Source: the human T2T-CHM13v2.0 reference genome, Homo sapiens
Reading direction: 5' to 3' (one strand)
Assembly: GCF_009914755.1 (NCBI RefSeq)
Contig: NC_060929.1
Length of the DNA: 64,000 bases
The notes under the pieces were generated by a model. That model was not told the origin of the DNA. It ran no database searches and saw nothing but the letters and a program-made list of their open reading frames with translations. A program made the translations under genes and the position numbers. Positions 15,396-27,352 of this stretch are shown here, piece after piece (position 1 is the stretch's first letter; the number at the start of each line of letters is the position of its first letter).

Positions 15396-16379
15396 CACTG
15401 TGTCTTCAGAAAAGCTATTTCTAGAAACATAATAAACATTTTTTCTCCCCAAAAGCAAGTACCAGCAGTCCACTTTAGAAATGCATATTTTTCTTTCACT
15501 GGTATTATCTAACTTCTTCTAGGAACTGACCCTAAGACCTTAAGAGTGGTTTCTCCCCCCACATCTGGCCTGGTCTGTGACTCGTGTGACCGCGGCTGAT
15601 CTGCTGAGATTTGGGGCAAGTCTTGCGGTTGTCCCGTGTCCCATCAGAAAGAAGCCTCCACACAGAATCCCCTCTTCACACCCACCCGGCATCCGAGCTC
15701 TGAACATGAGAGATGGACGTGGGAGGCAGCGGGGATGCAGAGAGGTGAGGCCGGAAGAAGCCAAGAGGGGCGTCCCCAAGGCCCCTCGGCCCCCAGACCC
15801 TGCCTCCCACCAGCAGGTCCCAGGGCCCCTGCCGGAGCAGGAGTCATCAGCTCCAAGACCTACAGGACCGCAGCGTGCTGGAAGCCCGGCGTATTCCGGC
15901 ACATCTTATTAGAGCACAGGTTTTGTTTCATTTAGATGAGAGGGGCGTGGATTTCTCTTTGGAAAAATAACACAGATCTCGGTCTTCTGAGGTGCAGGTC
16001 GCCAGGGCCGGCTTCTCCCCATCTCCCGTGGTTCCGGAGGCCATGGCAATTCAAGGCACTTTCTCCCTTCCTCTGTGAAGGTCTATGTTTTGTTCAGGGA
16101 AGATGACAATGAAAGTGATAGACAAAGTATTGATTCCAGACACCCGTGAAAGTACGAGGTTGATATTTCCGTTTTCTGTAGAGCAACACTGAAAACAATG
16201 TTCTCAGAATAGGAGCTATTTGTCCTATTTGTCTCAAAGTCAGGGCGTTTATCTGGCTATAAATTCCATGGCTCTGAGGCAGAGAAAATGACCCCCTTGT
16301 TTGCAGGTGAGCTGGGCGTCCTCCAAAACCGGGGCTCACGCAGCACCACAGACATTCAGCTTTCAGCCGGATCCACACA

Positions 16380-16721
16380 TTTTTTTTTTTCTTTTTTGAG
16401 ACGGAGTCTCACTCTGTTGCCCAGGCTGGAGTGCAGTGGTGCAATCTCGGGTGACTGCAACCTCCGCCTTCCGGGTTCAAGCTGAATCATATTCCATCGT
16501 AAGTATACCATCAGTGTCTTCAGAAAATCTACAGCCTCCTGACTAGCTGGGATTATAGCCTTGTGCCACCACACCCGGCTAATTTTTTTTTTTTTTTTTT
16601 TTAGTAAAGATGGGGTTTTACCATGTTGGCCAGGATGGTCTTGATCTCTTGATCTCGTGATCTGCCCACCTCGGCCTCCCAAAGTGCTGGGATTACAGGC
16701 GTGAGTCACCGCGCCCGGACC
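16380..16721 (-). mobile_element. AluS (Sc-like) carrying a ~50-bp non-Alu insert
   Basis: Poly-T, both monomers, TSD CCACACATT; the Alu is interrupted at 16483-16531. Confidence 0.95.
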
Positions 16722-17404
16722 ACACATTCATGGCGAGATGCCCTGGCTCGGCCTCGCCACTTCCCTGGAAGTGAGCTGGCCAGGTAAGCGGAGCTGGCAC
16801 TCCTGCCCATTTTACAGAAGAGAGAACTAAGGGGAGTCGAGGTGACTTGGCCAGGTCAGCATGTGGGGAAAGGGCAGCCCTGGCTCCAGGCTGGGTTTTC
16901 TGTTGCTGTTTAAACCACTGGTGGAAGTCCCAGGACACAGCTGGGGCAGCACAATGGGCCAGGAGCTGCACCCCGTTCGAGCGCCGCCCGCTGATCATCA
17001 GGTCCCGACTGCTCTGGAGCTCTGGTCAGCAGGGAAGGCGATGACGGCACCTTTGAAAGGCACCATGTCACATCCCTGCTGAAACCCCAGCATGGATCTG
17101 ATTGTGTTCCCCTGGGTGGGATGGGCTCACCGGTGCCTCTAGCGTGGAGGAGGCAGAAGACGCCCAGCCGCTGTGAACACCTCTGACCACAGTGTGCCTC
17201 TTCTGGCTGCCATCCAAGCTAAGCACCTCACTGATCCCATCAAAGGGACCAGTGCCAAGCCTCTCCCCTCTGCGGAGCTGTGATGACCACAACCCAGGCT
17301 TCCTGCAGCTGAAAGGTGTTTCCTCACGGAGCCTTTTTCAGAAGGGGAGTGGCACAGCCACCAAACAAGAGGGTGCCGGCTTGGCTGCCTCCCCCCGGAC
17401 TCAC

Positions 17405-17504
17405 CATAGAACCAGGCCACTCCGATGGCTTCGATGAGCACTCCAAAGAGGATGGACGTGCCGGCTGCAAAATGGTCCAGGAGCGTGAAGACGTAGATGC
17501 CACC
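17405..17504 (-). CDS. SLC6A3: Exon 11 (100 nt; TM10)
   Basis: [33 protein letters not shown]; cag|...|gtgagt. Confidence 0.99.
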
Positions 17505-17955
17505 CTGGAAGAGAGGGGAGCCTGTGGACCTACAGAAGGGCTTTCCCCAGAGGTAAACCCAGCCTGGGGATTCACTGTGCACACAAATTGTTTCACTCAC
17601 TGCAAAACTCTGGTTTGAGTCCCTAAAATTCAACCCACATGCAGCTTCTTAGGGCCACGTGTATTACAAAAAATAAAAATAAAAATGACCTCTCCTTTCC
17701 CTTCCTAGGGCTTCATGTGCAATTAGAAATGGAAGCAACCGAATGCGGAACTTGGCAGTGCCTCCCTTGGAGAGGGAGTGGCCTGGGCTCCCCCTCCCAC
17801 ATAGATAGGCTCTGCCACCACACCCCCAGCGTCCCCCAGTCCCCAAACCCTAGAAGGAGGCAGCTTCAGCCTGGGGTGCTTCTGGGGGAGCTGTCCAGGT
17901 GCTGAAGTGACTCTGGGACCAAGCTCTGGATGTGCAGTTACCCTGTGCACTGCTA

Positions 17956-18294
<339 letters not shown>

Positions 18295-19159
18295 CTACTT
18301 GTCACCCAGTGGACGCACACCCGGGGATGGACACGGAACAGGGGCCACATGGCCGTCCAGGGTGCAGGATGCCTGGTAGTGAGGACAGCTGTTGGCGAGG
18401 GCTTCTATGGCGGCACGACCGCAGGAGAGAGGACCCAGAGGGACCACTGTATCCACGGTAGGGGGTTTGCAGCCTCTTCGATGTCTCTGGGTGGGTAAGA
18501 TGCGGCATGGCTAAAACAATGCCACCCTGTCCACTGCTGCTGCACGGGCTCAGCTTGGCCAGATTTTCCTGAGCAAGATGCGTCCCCCACACAAAGCTTT
18601 CAGCTGCACCTGGCCTTGTCATTGGCTACGCCTTCCCGACGGAGCCTCCTGACTCCTGGCATCCTCCTGTGGGACACCGTCCAGGCACCTGACTCCTGCT
18701 TAGTGACCTTCTTCACCTTGCTCGGTCCAGACCCCTCTTCATGCTCTCATGTCAGGAACATGAGGCCTGTGGTCAACCCAGGAGCCGTGGACGAGGTGGA
18801 TAGGATATGAGTGGGGGGCCGGGTGCATGACCAGCGTTTATAAGGCAAGGGATTCTGGGTTCTTTGGTCCCAAGCAGCTGACAGGGAAGAAGGAGCCTGA
18901 GAAAGTCCAGCAGGCCCAGGGCCGATCAAGGGCTGGACCCGCCACCCCCAGCAGCTGGAGGTGCAGGGGCCACACACAAAGCATTCAGGGCCAGGCCTGG
19001 GATTGGTAGGTGCCAGGAACTTCTGTTGCCCTCCTCATTCCTCATGGGGTAGCTGAGGCTTCCAGGGAAAGCCACGAGATATGAAGGACCTGCTGTGTGC
19101 CCTCCAAGGCCCCACCACTCTGGTGTCCGGAGCCAAGTCTTTGGTGGCTGGGGCCCTGC

Positions 19160-19355
19160 TACACGTGCATGCATGTCTGTGTGTATGTGTGTGTGCATGC
19201 GTGTGTGCATGTGTGTGTTCGTGTGTGTTCATGTATGTGTGCGTGTGTGCATGTGTGTATGTGTGTGCATGCATGTGCATGGTGGTGTGAATGTGTGTGT
19301 TCGTGTATGTGTGTATGTGTGTGCGTGTATGTGTGTGTGTGCATGTGTGTGCACA
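19160..19355. repeat. Degenerate (TG)n / TGCA tract, intron 9
   Basis: gtgtgtgcatgtgtgt low-complexity run. Confidence 0.85.
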
Positions 19356-19621
19356 TTTCCAGGATCTGTAGGTGGCTCAGGGCAGGGCACACAGGTACCC
19401 CAGAGTAGGGGGATAAAGGGAAAGGTAAACTCCAGTCACCACTCACTCCAGCCCCGAGAAAGGTCTCCCAAATAATCACGGGGCTCGCCCAAGTCAAGGA
19501 CAGGAGGTCTGGGGGCCGTACGTGAGCCCAGGGATCTTGCCTAGCCCTGGGAGGGCAGGGCCCCCTCGGGTGGAAGGAACCCAACTGCCGAGGACAGGGC
19601 CGGGCGGTGCGGGTTACTCAC

Positions 19622-19734
19622 GGCGCTGTCGATACCCAGGGTGAGCAGCATGATGAAGAAGACCACGGCCCAGGCTGAGGACAGAGGGAGCGTGGCGATG
19701 GCTTCCGGGTAGATGATGAAGATCAGCCCTGGCC
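19622..19734 (-). CDS. SLC6A3: Exon 9 (113 nt; TM8)
   Basis: [38 protein letters not shown]; cag|...|gtgagt. Confidence 0.99.
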
Positions 19735-20120
19735 CTGAAACAGAACCCGCCCTGCTTGCCACAGAGCCCACGCTGTGCTCTCCCGCCCATCCTGCCCCAC
19801 CCCGCCCCGAGAAGCATGGCCTGCCACAGGCCTGTAGAGACTAGGGCTGGTGCGGCTCTGCTGAAAAGCCCCCTTCTATATGTCCAGCAGACCAGGCCTG
19901 GGACTCAGGAAAGCGGAAACCCAGAACTGATCAGAGGGCTTTGGTTCATGCCCACCACCCAGCAATGGGGCTCCTCCAAATTACCTGGGTCCTTTTGGGC
20001 TATGGGGGTGCTTGGGGAAGGAAGGGGCAGAAACAAGGAGGAGCAGGAGGGGCTTCCAGGCTGGTCCTGCCCTTCATCCCAGGGACATCTGCTAATGTCC
20101 TTCGAGTTAGTTTTTCCTGC

Positions 20121-20300
20121 ACATACCATGCAACATACACACTCAGACACACATACCATGCAACATACACACTCAGACACACATACCATGCAACATACAC
20201 ACTCAGACACACATACCATGCAACATACACACTCAGACACACATACCATGCAACATACACACTCAGACACACATACCATGCAATATACACACACAGACAC
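20121..20300. repeat. DAT1 intron 8 30-bp VNTR, 6-repeat allele
   Basis: acataccatgcaacatacacactcagacac x5 perfect plus one variant unit (20271-20300), followed by a CA-rich tail to ~20440. Confidence 0.95.
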
Positions 20301-22763
20301 ATGCGCGCACATGCACGAACACTCATTTGTGCATTCAAACTCATACATGCAAGAACACATCCACATGCACGCACACAAACAGAAACATGCACGTGCATGC
20401 ACAAACATACACACACAAACACACACAAATCACACACGTCCACACTATTTAGTAGCCTAATTTCTAAAATTAGCAAAACATTTAGGGATACATTCCTGAC
20501 CTCCGCCTTCCAGGCACATGAGGAAGCTGAGGTCCTCCCACCCTCCCGTGAGGTTAGACGTGGCTGCACTTGGCCAATGTGCTGTGAACCCACAGTGAGC
20601 GGGTCCCTGCGAGTGAAGCTTGGTAGAGGAGTGTGTGGCTCCTTCACCACCTCCCCTGCCACGGGGTCCCGCAGGCCATATTGAGACAGGCTCCTGTCAG
20701 CTGGGGCCCTGAGGGCTCAGAGGAGCAGCACATCCTGATGGATACAGGGGCCCAGATGGTGGCTTCGGAGATAAGAGACAAACCTGCTACCTTGCTATCC
20801 CTGCAAGCGAGGGGCACGCCAGGCTGAGGGCGGCATGGCAAAGGCGGAGGAGGTGTTCCCCCACAGCTCTCTTGGGAAACGACACGTGCTTCCTGCTACC
20901 AGCAGGCAGACTCGGATGGAGGTGGAGGGGACGAGAGTGTGGCAGGCAGGCGACCAAAAGTCAACGCAGTTTGGTCTCTGATGACCCCAAAGTAAAAACC
21001 AGTCCCATAGGCAATTGACCTTTGACCATTTCAGAAGCCTTGCATCCTCCACTGGCTGGCACCATCTCCCAAGCCCAATCTGCCTGCAACAGAGTCCCCT
21101 GTCCTCAGCAGGCACGTGTCTGGCCCTAGCCTGCAGGAATAGGCCTGCGCCTGGCCTTTTAAATAATCAAAGGCCAGAGCCAGGGGCCGTTCCTAAAGGT
21201 CTTTCAGGGGCCTCACTATCAGCCAAGCAGCGGGGTCAGACCTGGGCTCTCGCAGCTCCCAGATACCCTGGTGGATGGGGACAGCCTCCGCGTGGGGTGG
21301 GGGAGGCAGGCTCGCCTGAGATGTTCCGGGGCTTAGATGGTACCAGCCAGGAGCCTGGGAAGATATTCATCAGCTCAGGGAATGTAATGTCAACACCCGT
21401 GCCTTCGTTTCTGTACCTAAGTTAACATTTCACCCTATTTTCTTGAGAATTAAGGCTGTAAATGACATTTACTTTGCTTGTCATGAAATGCACAGAAGAA
21501 CATTCAACTTTATTTTCAGGGGTTAATAGAGGTTTTTGCAAACTATGCTCGTTATCATAATAAAGGGCAAAAAGAATGAAGAAAAGGCATAAATGCGGCA
21601 CCGAGTAAATTTCACTGCTCTGCATTTATTTGCAGATGTTCCCTTTCTCCCGCTTTGACTGAATTTTTTTTCCTAGTGGAAAGAACATGGGCTTAGGAGG
21701 CCCACCTCTGAGCTGTGGCTCCAGCCCCGACCCTGGCTTTCTGTTGCAAGCATGGAGTGGGCCCTTTCAGGTCTCTGAGCGTGTTCCTACCTGCGGTGCG
21801 AGGGTCCTAGTGCCCCACTCTGTGAGACTCAGGTGCGGTCAAGGCTGCCCCCGCTTGGTGCTTGTCGCTCCCCGCCTTCACTGAGCCTCAACACCCAGGC
21901 AGAGATCAGTCAGCAACAACACCCACACGGGACAGGGGCTTTTCTGAGCACAATCATTCCTCACAAATGTAGTGCCCCCACCCCACCCCCGGAGAAGACA
22001 GTCCAGAGGAAGCAAGGATGGGGACGCAGCATGGGAGCCCACCCAACCCAGGCCCGTGTCTGGAGCGAAAGGGCCTCCTCCACATCCATGTGGCAGAGCA
22101 GGCCGGGAGGCAGGCGGGGGCTCTGCTGGCTGACAGAGACCGAGAAGCCTTGGGACTCCCTGGAGCTCTCGGTTGGCCCAAGTTAGGGCTGCCAACGCCA
22201 CAGCTTTCCACTGCAAGCACCGGAGCCAGGCACGTGGCCCCAAGTGCCTGGGCCCACTCTCAGCCCCTGCATCTGTGCCCGTCCTGCCGGCTCCATCCTG
22301 CCTGGCACACTTCTTGCTGTGGCCAAGGCCTCCCCCCACCACTCACCTGTGCCTGCCCGAGACCTGGACCCCTCCCCACCCTCTCGGAGACAACTCCAGG
22401 CGTGCAGGGACACTCAGCGTCATGCGTCGGCCTGGGGAGCGGGCAGGGACACCCTGTGCTGGAGGCCCCAGGGATCTCCCGGCTGCTCTGTGGCCAAGCT
22501 GATGTTTGCGGCATCCCAGCCTGCCTCCAGGTGTTGCTGGAACAGCTCATTCCTCCCCTTCCCTGAGCTGCATGTTCCCACACTGCGTGGCAAGCAAACA
22601 TCTAGAGGGCCCTCAGTGACAGCATCTACGCCAGACCCTGGTGGGGCAGCCTCATGTGGCATCTGCAGGGAGCAGTCGAGGGACTGAGGCACCAACTATG
22701 CTGCTCAGCTGCATTTGGGCTTGAGGTTCCCCAGCCCAGGGTGGAGGCCCCGAGAGGCACAAG

Positions 22764-24462
22764 GCAGGAAAGGCACTGGGTGGGGGGGCCGGGAGGGGCA
22801 GGGCAGGAAAGGCACTGGGTGGGGGGGCCGGGAGGGGCAGGGCGGGGAAGGCACTGGGTGGGGGGCCGGGAGGGGCAGGGAAGGGAAGGCACTGGGTGGG
22901 GGGCCGGGAGGGGCAGGGCAGGGAAGGCGCTGGGTGGGGGGCCTGGAGGGTCAGGGCAGAGAAGGCACTGGGTGGGGGGCCGGGAGGGGCAGGGCGGGGA
23001 AGGCACTGGGTGGGGGGCCGGGAGGGGCAGGGCGGGGAAGGCACTGGGTGGGGGGCCGGGAGGGGCAGGGCGGGGAAGGCACTGGGTGGGGGGCCGGGAG
23101 GGGCAGGGCGGGGAAGGCACTGGGTGGGGGGCCTGGAGGGGCAGGGCGGGGAAGGCACTGGGTGGGGGGCCGGGAGGGGCAGGGCGGGGAAGGCACTGGG
23201 TGGGGGGCCGGGAGGGGCAGGGCGGGGAAGGCACTGGGTGGGGGGCCGGGAGGGGCAGGGCAGGGAAGGCACTGGGTGGGGGGCCTGCAGGGGCAGGGCG
23301 GGGAAGGCACTGGGTGGGGGGCCGGGAGGGGCAGGGCGGGGAAGGCACTGGGTGGGGGGCCGGGAGGGGCAGGGCGGGGAAGGCACTGGGTGGGGGGCCG
23401 GGAGGGGCAGGGCAGGGAAGGCACTGGGTGGGGGGCCTGGAGGGGCAGGGCGGGGAAGGCACTGGGTGGGGGGCCGGGAGGGGCAGGGCGGGGAAGGCAC
23501 TGGGTGGGGGGCCTGGAGGGGCAGGGCGGGGAAGGCACTGGGTGGGGGGCCTGGAGGGGCAGGGCGGGGAAGGCACTGGGTGGGGGGCCTGGAGGGGCAG
23601 GGCGGGGAAGGCACTGGGTGGGGGGCCGGGAGGGGCAGGGCGGAGAAGGCACTGGGTGGGGGGCCGGGAGGGGCAGGGAAGGGAAGGCACTGGGTGGGGG
23701 GCCGGGAGGGGCAGGGCGGGGAAGGCACTGGGTGGGGGGCCGGGAGGGGCAGGGAAGGGAAGGCACTGGGTGGGGGGCCGGGAGGGGCAGGGCGGGGAAG
23801 GCACTGGGTGGGGGGCCGGGAGGGGCAGGGCGGGGAAGGCGCTGGGTGGGGGGCCGGGAGGGGCAGGGCGGGGAAGGCGCTGGGTGGGGGGCCGGGAGGG
23901 GCAGGGCGGGGAAGGCACTGGGTGGGGGGCCGGGAGGGGCAGGGCGGGGAAGGCACTGGGTGGGGGGCCTGGAGGGGCAGGGCGGGGAAGGCACTGGGTG
24001 GGGGGCCTGGAGGGGCAGGGCAGGGAAGGCACTGGGTGGGGGGCCGGGAGGGGCAGGGCGGGGAAGGCACTGGGTGGGGGGCCTGGAGGGGCAGGGCGGG
24101 GAAGGCACTGGGTGGGGGGCCTGGAGGGGCAGGGAAGGGAAGGCACTGGGTGGGGGGCCGGGAGGGGCAGGGCAGGGAAGGCACTGGGTGGGGGGCCGGG
24201 AGGGGCAGGGCGGGGAAGGCGCTGGGTGGGGGGCCGGGAGGGGCAGGGAAGGGAAGGCACTGGGTGGGGGGCCGGGAGGGGCAGGGCGGGGAAGGCACTG
24301 GGTGGGGGGCCGGGAGGGGCAGGGCGGAGAAGGCACTGGGTGGGGGGCCGGGAGGGGCAGGGAAGGGAAGGCACTGGGTGGGGGGCCGGGAGGGGCAGGG
24401 CGGGGAAGGCACTGGGTGGGGGGCCGGGAGGGGCAGGGCGGGGAAGGCGCTGGGTGGGGGCA
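22764..24462. repeat. 38-bp G-rich intron 8 minisatellite, ~45 copies
   Basis: Unit ggcggggaaggcactgggtggggggccgggaggggcag. The aggc(a/g)ctggg anchor occurs at 22771, 22810, 22849, then every 38 bp from 22887 to 24445 (45 anchors). Confidence 0.97.
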
Positions 24463-24632
24463 GGTCTGTACTGGGATGTGTACCACCATCCTTCAAGAGT
24501 GAGGCAGCAACTCTCACTGAAGTCGCTCAGGGCCCATGCGTCTCCTTCCTCTTTCACAAGGAAAAAGGCTTTGCTGAGAGCTCGGCGCTGGTGCTACACG
24601 GAGCAGGCCCAGGTGCAGCAGGAGGGGCTCAC

Positions 24633-24757
24633 CGTCCTTGGCCACGTCCCCGATGGGCACACTGTGCTTCTGTGCCATGTACCCCAGGAAGGAGAAGACG
24701 ACGAAGCCGGAGGAGAAGCTCGTCAGGGAGTTGATGGAGGTGGTGACAATCGCGTCC
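24633..24757 (-). CDS. SLC6A3: Exon 8 (125 nt; TM7)
   Basis: [41 protein letters not shown]; cag|...|gtgagc. Confidence 0.99.
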
Positions 24758-25625
24758 CTGTAAGAACAAGACACGCCGTCTCAGGAACCAGCTGAGCTGC
24801 AGCAGCTGCAATTTTCCAGTCATTATTCTTAATTTACTGTGTCTGGGGAAGGGGGCGGGAGGTCTTCGGAGGGGCTACTTTTCCCAGTGAGCACGGCCAG
24901 CTCCTTAGCAGCCTGGCAGAGCTGTCCTTGGGCCACCTTGGTCCCCTAGCTGAGCTGCTCAAGGCTCAGCCATCAAGGCTCAGGGTGGGCAGAACAGACG
25001 GCCACCCCTGTGCCCCGCGAGTCTTGCTGTGGACACCTCACCCAGGGCAGATCTTCCAGAAGCTCTAGGAGCACACACCTCCCGGGGACCTCGCTAAGAT
25101 GCAGATCCTGACTGGGCGGGTCTCATGGGGTCTCGGGGGCTGTGTTTCCCATGAACTCCCAAGGGCGCTGGTGCTGCGGGCCTGGGGGCCCCACTCTGAG
25201 GGCTGAGAAACCAGAGAGCTGGAGGCAAGCGAAGGACGAAGAGGGAGGGTCCTGGGGTCGGTCAGGGCACCAGCGTCCTCCTCCTGGGTTCCTGTGTGGC
25301 CTGTCACTGGGGTGGAAGGACCACACACTTCATCTGCAGAGCACCTGGACCCAGGTGGACGCAGGTGGGCTGCGGGCAGGCGCTGCCTCAGGACCTGCCT
25401 TCCAGCGCCCACTCTCAGTGAAGCCTGCTTGTGGTCTGCCTGGCCATTCTGCTGCACACACTGTCCTTGTATTTTTACCGTGTTTCTAGCCTCATGATGT
25501 GAAAGAAAGTAAGCACAAGTCCATAAAGGTCAAAGCAAGCAGATCCCGGATAAAATTCTGTTTCTGTTTTTAGAAGGATTTGGGGTCCGGCACGGGGCTT
25601 CAGGTGCCTGCCAGTAAGTAACACG

Positions 25626-25716
25626 GGGTGCATATGGGATGGGGGGACACACTCAGGGGGTTGTGAAGCTGGACCCTGAGCGAGGGAGGACAGAGACCCC
25701 CCGGGGCTGGTGTGAG
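25626..25716. repeat. Inverted-repeat arm A (intron 7), partner of 26964-27055
   Basis: Its reverse complement matches 26964-27055 with about 10 differences in 92 nt and a 37-bp perfect core. Confidence 0.93.
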
Positions 25717-26039
25717 GGAAGAGGGTGTGTCCTTGTGGAGGGAGGGGCTGGCCTTGCCACTTGGGGCCCTCAGTGGGGAATCTGGCCGCAGGTCAAACCT
25801 AGGCAGGTCCCTCCCAGGAGGCGACACACCCACTGGCTTCAGTGCCTTCTTTAAAGTTGAAATCAAAATCGTGTTGGGAGCTGCCTCGCTGTCGCTTCTG
25901 TCTGAAAGGCCACGCAGCTCACAGGTTTGCGGGTTCAGTGGATCCGCCCTGTTCTCATCCAGGGACACACTATTTCTGGAAGTCAGCGACCTCTCCCTAG
26001 TATTGATGAGGCCCCTGCCTGGCCCTGCTAGGGGCTCAC

Positions 26040-26143
26040 CTGTAGCAGTTGTTGGTGAACTTGTTGTAGCTGGAGAAGGCGATCAGCACCCCGAACCCCA
26101 CGCCCAGGGAGAAGCACACCTGGGTGGCCGCGTCAATCCAAAC
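26040..26143 (-). CDS. SLC6A3: Exon 7 (104 nt; TM6)
   Basis: [35 protein letters not shown]; cag|...|gtgagc. Confidence 0.99.
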
Positions 26144-26440
26144 CTGCAGAGCCAGAGGGCGGTGAGAGGCTGTCCCAGGAGAACGCAGGCCACAGGCAAA
26201 GGACCTGAGCACCCTTCCTGTCCCAGCCCCACACTGAGGCCTCTAAACTCAACACCATCCTCAAGAAGTAAATGGCAGCAGACGACTGGTGGAAGATGCA
26301 GCCTCAGGAAGTGAACCCTCCCGGGCCAGCGGCCTGGAAGAGCCTGAGAAGCAGGGGGCTGTCTGTGTTCATTGATCTGGGATTCCCCATGGAGTATCAA
26401 GGCAGCGATTCCACAGAACCAGAGGTGCCCTGCTCCATAG

Positions 26441-27352
26441 CCCTCAGAACAGCATGGACTCATCCACACACGGCATGACCACAGCATCCTAATAACCCTC
26501 GGAACAGCACGGCCTCATCTACACAAAACATGACCACAGTGTCCTAATAACCCTTAGAACAGCACGGACTCACCCACACACAGCATGACCTCAGCGTCCT
26601 AATAGCCCTCAGAACAGCACGGACTCATCCACACACGGCATGACCGCAGCGTCCTAATAGCCCTCGGAACAGCACGGACTCATCCACACACAACATGACC
26701 GCAGCGTCCTAATAGCCCTCAGAAGAGCACGGACTCATCCACACACAACATGACCGCAGCGTCCTAATAGCCCTCGGAACAGCACGGCCTCATCCACACA
26801 TGACATGACCGCAGCGTCCTAACAACCCTCGGAACAGCACAGATTCATCCACATGCTGCATAATGGTGGCACCCTGATAACCCTCAGAAAGTCATGAACT
26901 CATCCACACACAACATGACCGCGGCGCCCTGATAACCCTCAGAACAGCATGGACTTATCCACACTCACACCAGCCCTAGCGGGGTCTCCATCCTCCCTTG
27001 ATCAGGGTCCAGCTTCACAACCCCCTGAGTGTGTCCCCTCATCCCATGTGCGCCCTGCTGCATGATGGCAGTGCCCTGAAACCCTCAGAACAGCACAGAC
27101 TCAACCACAGGCTACATGATGGCGGCTTCCTGATAACCCTCAGAACATCATGGATCATCCACAAGCTGCATGATGGCGGCACCCTGATAACCCTCAGAAC
27201 AACATAAACTCATCCTGAGGCTACATGATGGTGGCGCCCTGACAACCCTCAGAACAGCATGGATCATCCACATGCTGCATGATGGCAGCACCCTGATAAC
27301 CCTCAGAAAGGCATGGACCCATCCACATGCTACATGATGATGGTGTCCTGAT
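26441..27352. repeat. 55-bp minisatellite in intron 6: ~10 copies (26441-26963), a 92-bp insert, then ~5.5 diverged copies
   Basis: ccctc(a/g)gaacagca at 26441, 26496, 26551...26936, resuming at ~27082-27300. Confidence 0.92.
26964..27055. repeat. Inverted-repeat arm B (intron 6), inserted in the 55-bp array
   Basis: ctcacaccagccc...tcagggtccagcttcacaaccccctgagtgtgtcccc is the reverse complement of 25626-25716. Confidence 0.93.

Noticed and set aside
22626-24795. 500-700 aa Pro-rich or Gly/Arg-rich ORFs on both strands
   Set aside because: These are translations of the stop-free 38-bp repeat. In-frame read-through from exon 8 stops at 24514, before the repeat, so intron retention would not translate it.
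26441-27352. CRISPR-like appearance of regularly spaced repeats
   Set aside because: Human DNA with no unique spacers or cas genes; the units are whole tandem copies.
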